Origin: Malacoraja senta
Taxonomy: Eukaryota
Length of the DNA stretch: 64,000 nt
Reading direction: 5' to 3'
NCBI GenBank assembly: GCA_038087875.1
Contig: CM075983.1
Location: 34,782,001 to 34,846,000, forward strand
Positions within the stretch are counted from its first letter, which is position 1, and each line of letters starts with the position of its first letter. Below, one piece after another: positions 63,621 to 64,000 of the stretch. A program made the translations under genes and the position numbers. The notes under the pieces were generated by a model, which ran no database searches, was not told where the DNA came from, and worked only from the letters and a program-made list of their open reading frames with translations.

Positions 63621-64000
63621 ACTCACTAGGGCACGTATGCCTTTTATGAATGATCACACTATGTAATGGAAAAGCAGACAAATGCAATCTGAATGCAGAA
63701 CTCACCTTGATCAATTGCTGAAGGATCTCCACCATGACAATGGAGATCTCTTATGACATCTGAAATAAAGCAGTCTGCAAGCACCTTGAGGCAAGGTTTC
63801 TGAAAGCAAGCATGACTCTGACTTTGACTTTGAAAGCAAGCACTTGACTGTCTGTGACTTGAGGTTTGCCTTTGGATTCCACCAAACATGAGCACAAATT
63901 CACGTAAAGGCCTGCGCCACTCTCAAAATCAAAGACCCTCCCAGAAAGCTTGCAGGGTAACTCCCAAAAATATGCGACATATGACATTTTGTTGGTCAGT

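Overview
Eukaryotic, repeat-dense vertebrate DNA. The repeat repertoire (V-SINE/HE1-like SINEs with CR1 tails, CR1, Rex1/Babar, Tx1, Penelope pLTRs) suggests a cartilaginous fish, probably a skate or ray (inference). I found no intact host gene. Most of the window is transposable elements, many of them nested: five related non-autonomous Helitrons (TC...hairpin-CTRR, A|T insertion) carrying minisatellites, three of their 5' modules having a TATA-Inr-splice-donor cassette; a hAT transposon (8-bp TSD) swollen to 12.7 kb by nested LINEs; a near-complete CR1; a full-length Crack/L2-group LINE with an L1-type ORF1; two Gypsy LTR elements (Mag-like and CsRn1-like); an RTE with a twin-priming-type 5' inversion; Harbinger-like and Academ-like non-autonomous elements; Penelope fragments with hammerhead-like motifs; and a GC-rich non-coding retroposon family with a Rex1-like tail. 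The unique DNA between the repeats repeatedly reads as decayed + strand exons separated by unusually short (about 54-69 nt) GT-AG introns, from about position 300 to about 63050. This suggests a large, once-compact, now dead gene or gene array whose protein family I could not recognise; it is the best lead but is unverified. There are two assembly gaps (30383-30510, 35509-35708).
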